A DNA stretch of 64,000 bases from Candidatus Woesearchaeota archaeon (GCA_018303115.1 JAGVYT010000001.1:10279-74278), one strand, 5' to 3'; numbered from the stretch's first letter, positions 18,759-27,613 are shown. Notes: a model not told the origin generated them from the letters alone. A program made the numbers and translations.

Positions 18759-19815
18759 AAAACTCTTTCTTCATAGCCTCATAGCTTTTGCTGTTAACGT
18801 CAATAAATTCGGCATTGATGTTTTCAGCCAGTTCAGCATCATTTCGGCTGTCGCCAATAACAACAGCCATATCAAAATCACCGGGAGTCATGTTAAGCTC
18901 CTTCAGAGCCTGAAGAACCATTCCAGGGCTAGGCTTTCTCATGGCCTTATCCTTTACAAAGTCAGGATTAAACTGAACCCCATTTGCCGAAGCCGCATAC
19001 ACTTTATCAACGTCAGGGCAGAACTGCCAGTTATCTATAACAACACCCTTCTCCCTTAAAAATTCCGCAATGCAGCCGTTAACATCAGCCACAGTCTTAA
19101 GCGCAAAATAATTGCGCGCTACGCCCTGCTGATTTGAGATAACAATCTTGACAGTGTCATACTTTGTCTGAACATAAGAAATTAGGTCTATAACAGGCTT
19201 CTGCAGCTTAACCTGCCCCATCCAGTTCTCATCCCTGCCAAGAAAATCAACGTGCTCCACAAGAGTGCCGTCCCTGTCTATTACAAGAAGGATTTTTTCG
19301 CGCTTAACGTTATCCTTTATGTGGTTTATTATTTCAGTTGATGAAAATTTCTGGTCTGCCGTGTATTTCACCTCTCCGCCAGCCGCCTCAATAGCCCTGC
19401 GCTCTGCAGTTATGCCGGGGGTTGTCTTATTGACAAAATCAGGCCCCTTTATGTAAAATGATGGCTTAAGCCTCTCCACGACGTGAACAGCCCGCTCAAA
19501 ATCGCTGACGACCACGAAGTCAACAAAATTAAGGGCTGCTACGGAGTAGGCGCGCAAAAGCTCTGAAAAAATTGGCCTGCCGCTGCCCTTCCTTGCCGTT
19601 ACAAACCTGTCAGAAGTTATTGAAACAAACAAATAATCGCACAACTTCGCTGCAGACTCAAGATGCTTAATGTGCCCGGGATGGAGCAGGTCAAAACCCC
19701 CATGGCAAAGCCCAACAGTTTTATTCGCCTGTTTGAACTCTGAAATTTTCTTAACAGCAGCGCCAAAACCGATAATTTTGTCCGAGCTGAAATCGTTATC
19801 TTCCGCCTTAAACAT
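18745..19815 (-). CDS. bifunctional cytidylyl/adenylyltransferase-like domain (HldE domain II-like) fused to a GmhB-like HAD phosphatase
   Basis: N-terminal GLCHGGFDLLHPGHIKHL (nucleotidyltransferase HxGH-type motif). C-terminal LVIDRDGTLV ... IGDSRNDAELA HAD motifs as in heptose-1,7-bisphosphate phosphatase. Start 19815 preferred over 19875 because a TTTTATAT box lies ~30 nt upstream on the coding strand. Confidence 0.6.
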   Translation of the reverse strand: MFKAEDNDFSSDKIIGFGAAVKKISEFKQANKTVGLCHGGFDLLHPGHIKHLESAAKLCDYLFVSITSDRFVTARKGSGRPIFSELLRAYSVAALNFVDFVVVSDFERAVHVVERLKPSFYIKGPDFVNKTTPGITAERRAIEAAGGEVKYTADQKFSSTEIINHIKDNVKREKILLVIDRDGTLVEHVDFLGRDENWMGQVKLQKPVIDLISYVQTKYDTVKIVISNQQGVARNYFALKTVADVNGCIAEFLREKGVVIDNWQFCPDVDKVYAASANGVQFNPDFVKDKAMRKPSPGMVLQALKELNMTPGDFDMAVVIGDSRNDAELAENINAEFIDVNSKSYEAMKKEFSTLL

Positions 19816-20159
19816 GTTAACCAATGCCAGAGGCAACCCGGAAGAGAATATAAAAGTTTTGCTATAGCGGAACATTCACAGTGACCATTACCAGTCAATT
19901 TCCTGCTTAACTTGGGACTCCCTGCTAAGCCAGACAAGGGTCTTCAGGGGTTGTCCTGAATCCTGTTCGTGTAGCTACTGCATACCCTCAAACCTGTTCT
20001 CCAAAACTTCTATGACCACTCTATGACTCACATACGGCAGAGCAGGAGGGAGGGAAGTAGAAAGGAAGCGATAAACATGCGAGAAAGCCCTTTTAGGACA
20101 GCGCCGGGTCTTCAGGCATTGTTGAAAGTCTTGCCTGCTTGCTTATTCGCCCTTTCTTT

Positions 20160-20200
20160 TTTTCCTTCTCCCCTTAACTTGTTAGAGGGGGGAAGGAAAA
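20160..20200 (+). repeat. hairpin family member b (stem TTTTCCTTCTCCCC/GGGGGGAAGGAAAA with one T-G, loop TTAACTTGTTAGA)
   Basis: Read directly, in the 430-bp divergent region upstream of the surface protein gene. Flanked by further imperfect pairing (TTATTCGCCC / GGGCAAATAA). Confidence 0.7.
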
Positions 20201-20274
20201 TTGGAGGAAGAAGCGACAGCAGCAAAACGGGCAAATAACGACTTTTTCAACAGAGCCCCGGGTCTTCAGCAACA

Positions 20275-20282
20275 TTTAAATA
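20275..20282 (+). promoter_or_regulatory. archaeal TATA box (TTTAAATA) 22 nt upstream of the surface protein ATG
   Basis: Read directly. No SD-like sequence between box and ATG. Confidence 0.55.
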
Positions 20283-20304
20283 GTTATAAAACGGTTTTGC
20301 GGTT

Positions 20305-22677
20305 ATGAAAAAGAGGTTAATGGCAGTCCTGTCAATGCTGCTGTTTTTTGCAACAGTAAAGCCGGCAATTGCCGCAATCTCAATAACCTCCCCGGAATTC
20401 GGAGTAGCACAGGAACTCACTTTTGACCTTGAACTGAATACAGACTCAAGCGTATCGTGCAGGTTCAGCACCACCTTTGCAAAACCGTTCAATGAAATGG
20501 ATGAAGTCACCACAACAGGAAACACTCTTCACACAATAGAAGGCATCACACTGCCTGCGTTTGGAACAGAATACAACTACTTCATTAACTGCTCGTCCGG
20601 AACTGAAGCGTCGGATATCAAACTAAAAGCGGACAACACAGAGCCTTCAATTCTAAATGCTGTTGCAGAGCCTGAAAAGGTTCTGCAATCCCCGCTTGAA
20701 ACAACACTCAGTGTAAAAACAGGCGAGAATACAAGCTGCAAATACGACCAAACTTTTGAAGAGTATGACAGCATGGCCAATTTTTTTATCGGAAGCGACA
20801 GCGACAAAAACAACTACAAAAACTCACACGAAAAGCCCCTTACACGCCTTAGCGACAACACTGACTACACTTTCAACGTGATGTGCCGCGACTTATCAGG
20901 AAGGAAAACGACCCTTGCAAAAATCAGTTTCAAAGTCAACACAAGCACAGAGCCGGAAATAATTGACTTTACGCCAAAAGACGGCTCTTACAAGGGTGAG
21001 GAGAACGTTGTCATTTCCATAACCACAAACAAAAACAGCATTTGCAAATACGGAAGCGAATCGCCTCCAACAAGGGAGTCGGGAAATTTCAATGTCCAGG
21101 GAACACTGCACGAAACAACACTGCAGCTGGATGAAGGAAGCCACACTTATTATTTCAAGTGCGTGTTTGAAGGCCCTAAAGAACGCACAGCACAAACAAC
21201 ATTCACGATAGACAAGACAAAACCGGCAGTTTTGCTTGTGGATGACGACCAGAAACTTGACGATGCGCCTGACGGCTACACATACTACACAAACAGGCTA
21301 AAAGCAAGGTGGGAAGCAAAAGACAACGAATCAGGCATTAAAGACTACAATTACTCAATAATCTCGGGGAGCATGACGGTAGTAAACTGGAGCACAACAA
21401 CATCTGACGAAGTAACCGCAAGAGACCTTGAGCTGCAGGACGGAAGGGAGTATGTTTTCAGGGTTAAGGCGCGAAACAACGCAGGGCTATGGAGCGAGAC
21501 AAAGGAAAGCGACGGGGTAAGGGTTGACATAAGCCTGAACGCAGAGCAGGCCTGCAAGAACGAAGTAAAAGACGGGGACGAAACAGACGTGGACTGCGGA
21601 GGAAGCTGCGCAAGAAAATGCTTACTGAAAGAAAGCTGTGAAATCACTGACGACTGCTCAAGCGGATACTGCTCAGAGGGAAAATGCGCAAAGGGAAGCT
21701 GCGATGACGGCGTAAAAAACCAGGACGAAACAGACGTGGACTGCGGAGGAAGCTGCGAGGCCTGCCTTGAAGGGGATAAGTGCAAAGAAAGCATTGACTG
21801 CGAAAGCGGCATATGCGCAGAAGATATATGCATCTCAAAAGGCCCGTGCTACAACGGGGTGCTTGACCCAAAAGAAACAGACGTGGACTGCGGAGGGGTT
21901 TGCGCTGAACTGAAATCCATAAAATGCCAGCTAGGCAAAAAATGCTCTGGTGACGAAGACTGCAGAAGCAGAACTTGCGGCATAGACGGAAAGTGCGCTG
22001 CCATGAATGACGGGGATTATGATTCAGTAGTTGACGATAAAGACAACTGCCAGCGGGCTTACAATCCAAAACAGGAAGACACTGACAAAGACGGCTTTGG
22101 AGACTCATGCGATGACGACAGCGATAACGACGGCATGGCAGATGAGTGGGAGAAGAGCTACGGCCTTAATTTCATGAGCCCTGGCGACGCACTGCTTGAC
22201 AACGACGGCGACACGCTTTCAAACCTTAAAGAATCACACCTGAAAACAAACCCGCTGATGGCTGACAGCGACAGGGACGGGTATGACGACGCAGAAGAGG
22301 TTGAAAAAGGAACAGATCCAAACGATGCAGGGTCAAAGCTAAAGAAAAGCAGGCTGCTGACATTCTTTGCATGGATGCTTTTGTTCCTTGCAATATTTGC
22401 AGCAATAGCTTACTTTTATTACAGAAAGCTTACAGGCCCTGTGCTGGAAACAAAAAGGGAACAGGAAAGAAGGGCATCCCATTACGAACCGCCAAGAGCC
22501 GTTCAAGAACCCAAGCAAGAGCGCAAATACAGGCCAGAGCCGATATACAGGCCAACACCTCCTGAAAGAAGGCACACCACAGGAGACCTTGACGAAATCA
22601 GAAGGCACCACTCAAGCCTTTCAGGGGAAGAAGTGTTTGAAAGGCTAAAAAGGCATACGAGAAGGAGGCGACACTAA
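20305..22677 (+). CDS. surface (S-layer-like) glycoprotein candidate: signal peptide, Ig-like region, three Cys-rich repeats, TSP3-like Ca-binding repeats, C-terminal TM anchor with basic tail
   Basis: N-terminal MKKRLMAVLSMLLFFATVKPAIA. Three ~45-aa repeats with ETDVDCGGxC. D-rich DxDxDG repeats. TM helix LLTFFAWMLLFLAIFAAIAYFYY then a Pro/Arg/Glu-rich cytoplasmic tail. Many N-x-S/T sequons. TTTAAATA box at 20275-20282. Confidence 0.6.
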   Translation: MKKRLMAVLSMLLFFATVKPAIAAISITSPEFGVAQELTFDLELNTDSSVSCRFSTTFAKPFNEMDEVTTTGNTLHTIEGITLPAFGTEYNYFINCSSGTEASDIKLKADNTEPSILNAVAEPEKVLQSPLETTLSVKTGENTSCKYDQTFEEYDSMANFFIGSDSDKNNYKNSHEKPLTRLSDNTDYTFNVMCRDLSGRKTTLAKISFKVNTSTEPEIIDFTPKDGSYKGEENVVISITTNKNSICKYGSESPPTRESGNFNVQGTLHETTLQLDEGSHTYYFKCVFEGPKERTAQTTFTIDKTKPAVLLVDDDQKLDDAPDGYTYYTNRLKARWEAKDNESGIKDYNYSIISGSMTVVNWSTTTSDEVTARDLELQDGREYVFRVKARNNAGLWSETKESDGVRVDISLNAEQACKNEVKDGDETDVDCGGSCARKCLLKESCEITDDCSSGYCSEGKCAKGSCDDGVKNQDETDVDCGGSCEACLEGDKCKESIDCESGICAEDICISKGPCYNGVLDPKETDVDCGGVCAELKSIKCQLGKKCSGDEDCRSRTCGIDGKCAAMNDGDYDSVVDDKDNCQRAYNPKQEDTDKDGFGDSCDDDSDNDGMADEWEKSYGLNFMSPGDALLDNDGDTLSNLKESHLKTNPLMADSDRDGYDDAEEVEKGTDPNDAGSKLKKSRLLTFFAWMLLFLAIFAAIAYFYYRKLTGPVLETKREQERRASHYEPPRAVQEPKQERKYRPEPIYRPTPPERRHTTGDLDEIRRHHSSLSGEEVFERLKRHTRRRRH

Positions 22678-22714
22678 CAAAACTTTTATAATAATGCCAG
22701 ATTAACTGCGGCAT

Positions 22715-24454
22715 ATGCAAAAGCTTGACGCTGCAGCTGTGCTTGTTTTGGCGATTTTTTCTGCCATTCTTCTAAACGTTTCAGCGCAAAACTCAGCCAC
22801 CTTCGAGGAAAACAACCACCTCTCAACAGGCTATTACTTTCTGCTGACAAACGATTACCGCCTTGGGCCTGGCCACCCGCCCCTCACTTACAAGCTGGCT
22901 GCGGCACCGCTGCTTTTTTCAGGAGCAGACTTCCCTTTTGAAAACGATTACTGCAAAAACTTTCTTTATTACGGCTGCGCGCAGGAACTTCTATACAACT
23001 CAGGACTTAACAGCCAGCTTTTAACATTTCTAGGAAGACTCCCATTCACAGCGCTGGCTGCACTTACAGGGCTTGTAGTTTACCTCTGGTCAAAGCAGCT
23101 TTACGGAAGGAAGGCAGGCGTTCTTTCACTCCTCCTTTACTCCTTTAGCCCAGCAGTGCTCGGATGGTCTGCGCTGATAATGACTGACTTTTCTGCTGCA
23201 GCCTTTGCATTCACCAGCGTTTACTTTCTCTGGCGGCTTATGAGAAAGCCAAACACGCTCAACCTGCTTCTTACAGGGCTTTTCTTCGGCCTTGCCGTAT
23301 CGTCAAAATTCACTGCCGTTTTGTTCTTACCAATATACCTCTGCATAGCAGTTTTCTGGTTCTTTTCAGGAAAACCCTACAGCTTTTCCAGGCTGAAAAG
23401 GCATTTGCCAAAAATACTGCGCAACAGAGAAGCCTCATTTATAGCAAGCATAACAATAATAGCCGGTATTGCGTTCCTCGTTGTCTGGGCTGTTTACGGG
23501 TTTGACACAGGAAGCTACTCAAGCGGGGCTCCTGAGCGCTACACAGACTTGGTTTACGAAAACGTTCCTGCAAAGTTTGAGAACACGGCATCCTTCCTGA
23601 TTGAAAAAATGCCTTTGCCTTTCCCATCACTCTTTGTGGGAGTTTCCCAGCAAATATTTACGTCAGCAACAGGCTCAAAGCCATCCTTCCTTTTAGGCAA
23701 CACTTACGAAGGCGGCGTCTGGTACTTCCACATCATAGAGTTCCTCGTCAAGGTTCCAGCGGCATTCATTATCCTGCTTTTGCTCAGCATTTCAATGCTT
23801 TTAATCAACAGGAAAAGCTACCAAAACGACACCCTGTTCCTGCTTGTCCCTGCACTGACATACTACGCTGCTTTTGCCGTGATAATAAACATTGGCTCAG
23901 GCATACAGCACATACTTCCGGTTTTCCTTTTCCTGTTTGTCTTTGTTGGAAGAACAGCACTATCAAAAAAGCCGATGCAATGGCTTGTATACGGACTTGC
24001 CGCCTGGTATGTCATAGCATCATTATCAGCATTCCCACACTACATCTCATACTTCAACGAGTATGTTGACGATGACGAGGGCTACAAATACTTTCTTGGA
24101 GCAAACCTCGACATGGGACAGGACCTGAAAGCCCTTTCCACTTATGTGAAAGAAAATAACCTGGACATAAAACTCAGCTATTTCGGGACAACCGACCCCG
24201 CAGCCTATCTTGACTATGAATACCTGCCCTCACCGTTTTTCCAGGCATGGGCGCCTGGGTTCGCACATTCAAAAAATGACTTGAATGCCAATTACACTGA
24301 AAACTGCGGCAGGACAGAAGGCATCATAGCCGTCAGCATAACCAACAGGGAAGGGGCTTTTATGCTTAACAGCTCATGCTACGACTGGCTTAAAGAATAC
24401 GAGCCAACAGAAGTCATAGGGCACACAATATTCGTTTACAACATTACGCAATGA
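22715..24454 (+). CDS. GT-C membrane glycosyltransferase, PMT_2 / GT39-GT83 (ArnT-like) family
   Basis: Multi-TM protein with the conserved first-loop GHPPLTYKL motif typical of the ArnT/PMT family. TATA-like TTTTATAA 22 nt upstream. Confidence 0.65.
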   Translation: MQKLDAAAVLVLAIFSAILLNVSAQNSATFEENNHLSTGYYFLLTNDYRLGPGHPPLTYKLAAAPLLFSGADFPFENDYCKNFLYYGCAQELLYNSGLNSQLLTFLGRLPFTALAALTGLVVYLWSKQLYGRKAGVLSLLLYSFSPAVLGWSALIMTDFSAAAFAFTSVYFLWRLMRKPNTLNLLLTGLFFGLAVSSKFTAVLFLPIYLCIAVFWFFSGKPYSFSRLKRHLPKILRNREASFIASITIIAGIAFLVVWAVYGFDTGSYSSGAPERYTDLVYENVPAKFENTASFLIEKMPLPFPSLFVGVSQQIFTSATGSKPSFLLGNTYEGGVWYFHIIEFLVKVPAAFIILLLLSISMLLINRKSYQNDTLFLLVPALTYYAAFAVIINIGSGIQHILPVFLFLFVFVGRTALSKKPMQWLVYGLAAWYVIASLSAFPHYISYFNEYVDDDEGYKYFLGANLDMGQDLKALSTYVKENNLDIKLSYFGTTDPAAYLDYEYLPSPFFQAWAPGFAHSKNDLNANYTENCGRTEGIIAVSITNREGAFMLNSSCYDWLKEYEPTEVIGHTIFVYNITQ

Positions 24455-24489
24455 GCAGCGTTAGCCACTAACTGCTGCGGTTATTGTGA

Positions 24490-25446
24490 TTAAACAACTA
24501 AGGAACTGCTTTCCCTATACCACTTTACGAATTCTTCCATTCCCTGCTCAACAGAAACCGAAGGCTTAAAGCCAATAAGAAGGGAAGCCTTGCTTATGTC
24601 CGCATAAGTCGCTTTCATATCGCCGGGCTGCTCGCCTTCAACAGCAACATCTGCTTTCTTCCCAAGAAGCTTCTCTATAACACCTATAAAATCAACAAGC
24701 TTAAGCGGCTTTGAACTGCCAATGTTAATCACCTCAAAACCCATATCAGCTTCCATTGCCTTTACCAAGCCGGCAACAGCATCCTTAACATAAGTGTAGT
24801 CCCGCATGCTAGAGCCATCGCCAAAAACCCTGACAGGCAGCTGCCTGCTGATTCTGTCTGTAAAAATATAAGGAGCCATGTCAGGCCTTCCACGAGGCCC
24901 GTAAACTGTAAAGAACCTCAGACAAACAGACTTAATACCGTAAAGGTTATGGTAAATCCTGCAGATATGCTCTGCTGCAAGCTTGCTGACGCCATAAGGC
25001 GAATCAGGAACAGTCAAGCCGCTTTCCGAAAATGGAATCCTCGCAGAGCCGTAAACGCTTGACGAGGATGCAAACACAAACTTTTTTACTTTGCTTTTGA
25101 CGCACGCGTCAAGAACATTTATTGTGCCGTTAACATTTGTGCCAAAATAAGATACCGGGTCATTAACAGAAGGCCTAACCCCTGTTTTTGCAGCTATATG
25201 AAAAACATAATTTATCTTATGCTGCCGAAATACACCACTAACATCTTCTTTTTTCCTTACGTCACCCTCCACCAAAACAAAATTCTTATCGTCCAACAGC
25301 CCTCTTATGTTGGCTTCCTTTACGGATTTAGGATAGTTTTCCTCAAAATTATCAAAGCACACTACTTTCATCCCCCTGCCCAGAAGTTCCTCGCATAAGT
25401 GAGAGCCTATAAAGCCCGCACCGCCGGTTACAAGAGCTGTTTCCAT
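24490..25446 (-). CDS. NAD-dependent nucleotide-sugar epimerase (GalE/WbpP-like)
   Basis: [10 protein letters not shown] Rossmann motif, YGVSKLAAE (YxxxK). Confidence 0.75.
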   Translation of the reverse strand: METALVTGGAGFIGSHLCEELLGRGMKVVCFDNFEENYPKSVKEANIRGLLDDKNFVLVEGDVRKKEDVSGVFRQHKINYVFHIAAKTGVRPSVNDPVSYFGTNVNGTINVLDACVKSKVKKFVFASSSSVYGSARIPFSESGLTVPDSPYGVSKLAAEHICRIYHNLYGIKSVCLRFFTVYGPRGRPDMAPYIFTDRISRQLPVRVFGDGSSMRDYTYVKDAVAGLVKAMEADMGFEVINIGSSKPLKLVDFIGVIEKLLGKKADVAVEGEQPGDMKATYADISKASLLIGFKPSVSVEQGMEEFVKWYRESSSLVV

Positions 25447-25555
25447 AACCAGCAGGGTTTCAGCAGGGTATAAATATGTTTTTCTTTCCGATAAAGTATC
25501 TACGAACCTACAAACTCGAAAGCATATTAAATATCGTTTTTTACCCTAATCAACG

Positions 25556-25586
25556 CCATTAAGCGAATATTTATCTCGCTTAATGG
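25556..25586. repeat. perfect 11-bp palindromic hairpin CCATTAAGCGA-N9-TCGCTTAATGG at left edge of AT-rich island
   Basis: Read directly. Confidence 0.7.
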
Positions 25587-25656
25587 GTGTTATGCTCAAT
25601 TCAGAATTCAGGTTTGAAGCGTTACATTTATATCTTTAAAGATTTTCAAGTTAAAT

Positions 25657-26043
25657 ATGAAACCAGAAGATTACTTCAGAAATGGCAAAGTGTATGTTTG
25701 GAAAGAAACTTTTGCCGTTGTGAAATCAAAGAAAACATATCTCAATGCTTTTGCTAATATCATTGATAAGAATGAAACAACTGTAATTATTGACCAATCC
25801 AAATTCAATGAGAAAGACGCAATTGAAATTGAAAGAGATTGGAAGATATTAACTTTTGATATGGTTTTACCATTTGGATTGGTAGGATTTATGGCAAAAG
25901 TTTCTCAAGCCCTCGCAGATGAAAAAATATCTATTTTTGCCATTTCTGCCTATTCAACAGACCATATTCTTGTGAAAGAAAAAGACGTAACAAAAGCAAT
26001 AAAGAAACTTGAAAATCTTGGTTGCATCGTTGAAAAGAAGTAA
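25657..26043 (+). CDS. ACT-domain-like small protein (function unknown)
   Basis: 128 aa, weak resemblance to ACT/RAM-type ligand-binding folds. Located in the AT-rich island. Confidence 0.3.
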   Translation: MKPEDYFRNGKVYVWKETFAVVKSKKTYLNAFANIIDKNETTVIIDQSKFNEKDAIEIERDWKILTFDMVLPFGLVGFMAKVSQALADEKISIFAISAYSTDHILVKEKDVTKAIKKLENLGCIVEKK

Positions 26044-26060
26044 CGCCCGAATTCTGAACT

Positions 26061-26098
26061 CGAAATTTTTGCCTTCGGCATCGTTGCACTAAATTTTA
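26061..26098 (+). repeat. island direct repeat A, copy 1 (CGAAATTTTTGCCTTCGGCATCGTTGCACTAAATTTTA)
   Basis: 38-nt exact match with 27730-27767. Contains UUCG-loop hairpin TGCC-TTCG-GCA. Confidence 0.8.
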
Positions 26099-26122
26099 TT
26101 CCTAACGGAGAGCATAACACGC

Positions 26123-26767
26123 ATGCGATACGTTAAGTTCAATAATTTCAGGGGCTTTACGATAATGGGGCGGTTTTCAATTCGAAATATTTTAACACCT
26201 ATTCAATATTTTAAAATTATGGATAGTAAGAATAAGCCAAAATACGAATTTACTAATAAAATTACCGGTTCTTCTCTTCCCACTGATACTTTTCTAGAAA
26301 AATTAAGAGAATTCCTAACCAATAATAGCTTTTCTTGTTCTCAGACAAAAGAAAAGACTGGAGAAGCAAAAACCACAGGAGTCGGAGTAACAATGGAAGG
26401 AGACTTGGGTGGAGGTATTGCTCATTCAGATATTATCACAAATAAATGGAATCCGTTTAATATTAAATGCGGTGGAAAAACATGTTCTTTCTTAGGTAGA
26501 TTTAAAGGAAATATTAAACTGACAGAAATGGCTAAATATAGTAAAAAGAAAAGAGATATACATTATGAATTAAAAGATTACAATTTAACAGGCAATATTG
26601 ATTTTTCACCATACGGTTTTTGGATGTTTATTTTATTCTGCGTAGGTATATACCTCAGTTTTAAATTTTCAACTGGTTTTTGGATTGGGAAAAAGAGTTT
26701 ATGGAAAGATGGATACCTTGGGCTTTTGGAGTTGCTTCTATACTATTCGCTTTTGTTGGTGGAATGA
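26123..26767 (+). CDS. hypothetical protein with C-terminal TM segment
   Basis: AT-rich ORF. C-terminal hydrophobic stretch. 3' end overlaps the next ORF by 88 nt in another frame (possible frameshift). Confidence 0.3.
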   Translation: MRYVKFNNFRGFTIMGRFSIRNILTPIQYFKIMDSKNKPKYEFTNKITGSSLPTDTFLEKLREFLTNNSFSCSQTKEKTGEAKTTGVGVTMEGDLGGGIAHSDIITNKWNPFNIKCGGKTCSFLGRFKGNIKLTEMAKYSKKKRDIHYELKDYNLTGNIDFSPYGFWMFILFCVGIYLSFKFSTGFWIGKKSLWKDGYLGLLELLLYYSLLLVE

Positions 26768-26868
26768 CTATAAGAGATATAGTTGGTCTGATAAAGGATA
26801 AGCATGAAAAATTATTAAAAGATGCTGTAAAAGAGATAGACAAAGAAACCAAACGTTCAACAAAATAA
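26680..26868 (+). CDS. small membrane protein (single TM)
   Basis: 62 aa with WIPWAFGVASILFAFVGG helix and a charged tail. May be the displaced C-terminus of the upstream ORF. Confidence 0.3.
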   Translation: MDWEKEFMERWIPWAFGVASILFAFVGGMTIRDIVGLIKDKHEKLLKDAVKEIDKETKRSTK

Positions 26869-26881
26869 TAAAACGACTGCT

Positions 26882-26906
26882 CACTAACTTTACAGTCCTT
26901 CGGACA
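26882..26906 (+). repeat. island repeat C, copy 1 (CACTAACTTTACAGTCCTTCGGACA; GTCC-TTCG-GAC tetraloop hairpin)
   Basis: Shares CAGTCCTTCGGACA with 27622-27635 and CTAACTTTACAG with 29783-29794. Confidence 0.65.
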
Positions 26907-26915
26907 TTTACAAAA

Positions 26916-27314
26916 TCAATCCATCTTAACCAATTCTTCCGTAGAATAAACCCGAATTGTATTTTGCTTTTCTTTCAAATCCCTATCATTGCTCCACAAA
27001 TTGCATCTTAATTTTAGGGCAAGAGCCAAATATGGGACATCTTTTGGGTCTGGAGAAATCTTTTCGGCTTTTTCGATGAAAGGCTCAATTTCTTTTTTTG
27101 GCATTAGCATAACATTTCGTTCAAACAAATCAAAAAGGTCGTTAAAATTTTCCTCATTCCTTTTGGTCTTTCCTTCCAGATAGTCCTTGTATTTTCTGAA
27201 TTCCTCAAAAATAAATTCAGGTGCATAGAGTTTATGCTTAAACAGAATGTCTGATGTTCCGCTTTCTTTCAGCAAAGCTGCAAAAAGAACATTTGAATCT
27301 ATCACTAAATCCAT
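26916..27314 (-). CDS. vapC: PIN-domain ribonuclease toxin (VapC-like)
   Basis: N-terminal VIDSNVLFAAL with conserved Asp, later acidic residues (PDPKDVPYLALAL, SNDRD). Confidence 0.7.
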   Translation of the reverse strand: MDLVIDSNVLFAALLKESGTSDILFKHKLYAPEFIFEEFRKYKDYLEGKTKRNEENFNDLFDLFERNVMLMPKKEIEPFIEKAEKISPDPKDVPYLALALKLRCNLWSNDRDLKEKQNTIRVYSTEELVKMD

Positions 27315-27316
27315 GA

Positions 27317-27556
27317 TTAAGCCTTTTTGTATCTTTTAGCTAGATTTTTGTTTAGTTCTCTTCCTAATCTTAATGCATCTTCCTCAGTCAGAGTACTATC
27401 GGACTTGAATTTTTTCAAAAATTCCAAATCCTTTATTCTTTGCATAAATGCTTGCCTGGCTATCTCAGACCAATTCATCTCTGGGAATGTTTCCATTTTA
27501 TGTTTCAGTTCTGATGGAACTGCTAAAGTCATAGTTGTCATGTTCTTTACCTCCAA
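27317..27556 (-). CDS. vapB: VapB-like antitoxin
   Basis: 79-aa ORF immediately upstream of the PIN gene on the same strand (2-nt gap). Confidence 0.5.
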   Translation of the reverse strand: MEVKNMTTMTLAVPSELKHKMETFPEMNWSEIARQAFMQRIKDLEFLKKFKSDSTLTEEDALRLGRELNKNLAKRYKKA

Positions 27557-27613
27557 TTATGTGTAAATATGTATAATATGTTCAAATATATAAAACTTAC
27601 TATTTCTGCCCCT

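Noticed and set aside
20023-20238. 71-aa ORF in the intergenic region upstream of the surface protein gene
   Set aside because: It overlaps hairpin member b and the repeated GGGTCTTCAG motifs and has a low-complexity translation. Treated as non-coding.
21588-21910. Three near-identical ~135-nt direct repeats that could be mistaken for a repeat array or CRISPR
   Set aside because: They are in-frame coding repeats of the surface protein (ETDVDCGG modules). The spacers between them are also coding, and there is no CRISPR-like short repeat/spacer regularity. No CRISPR array was seen anywhere in the window.
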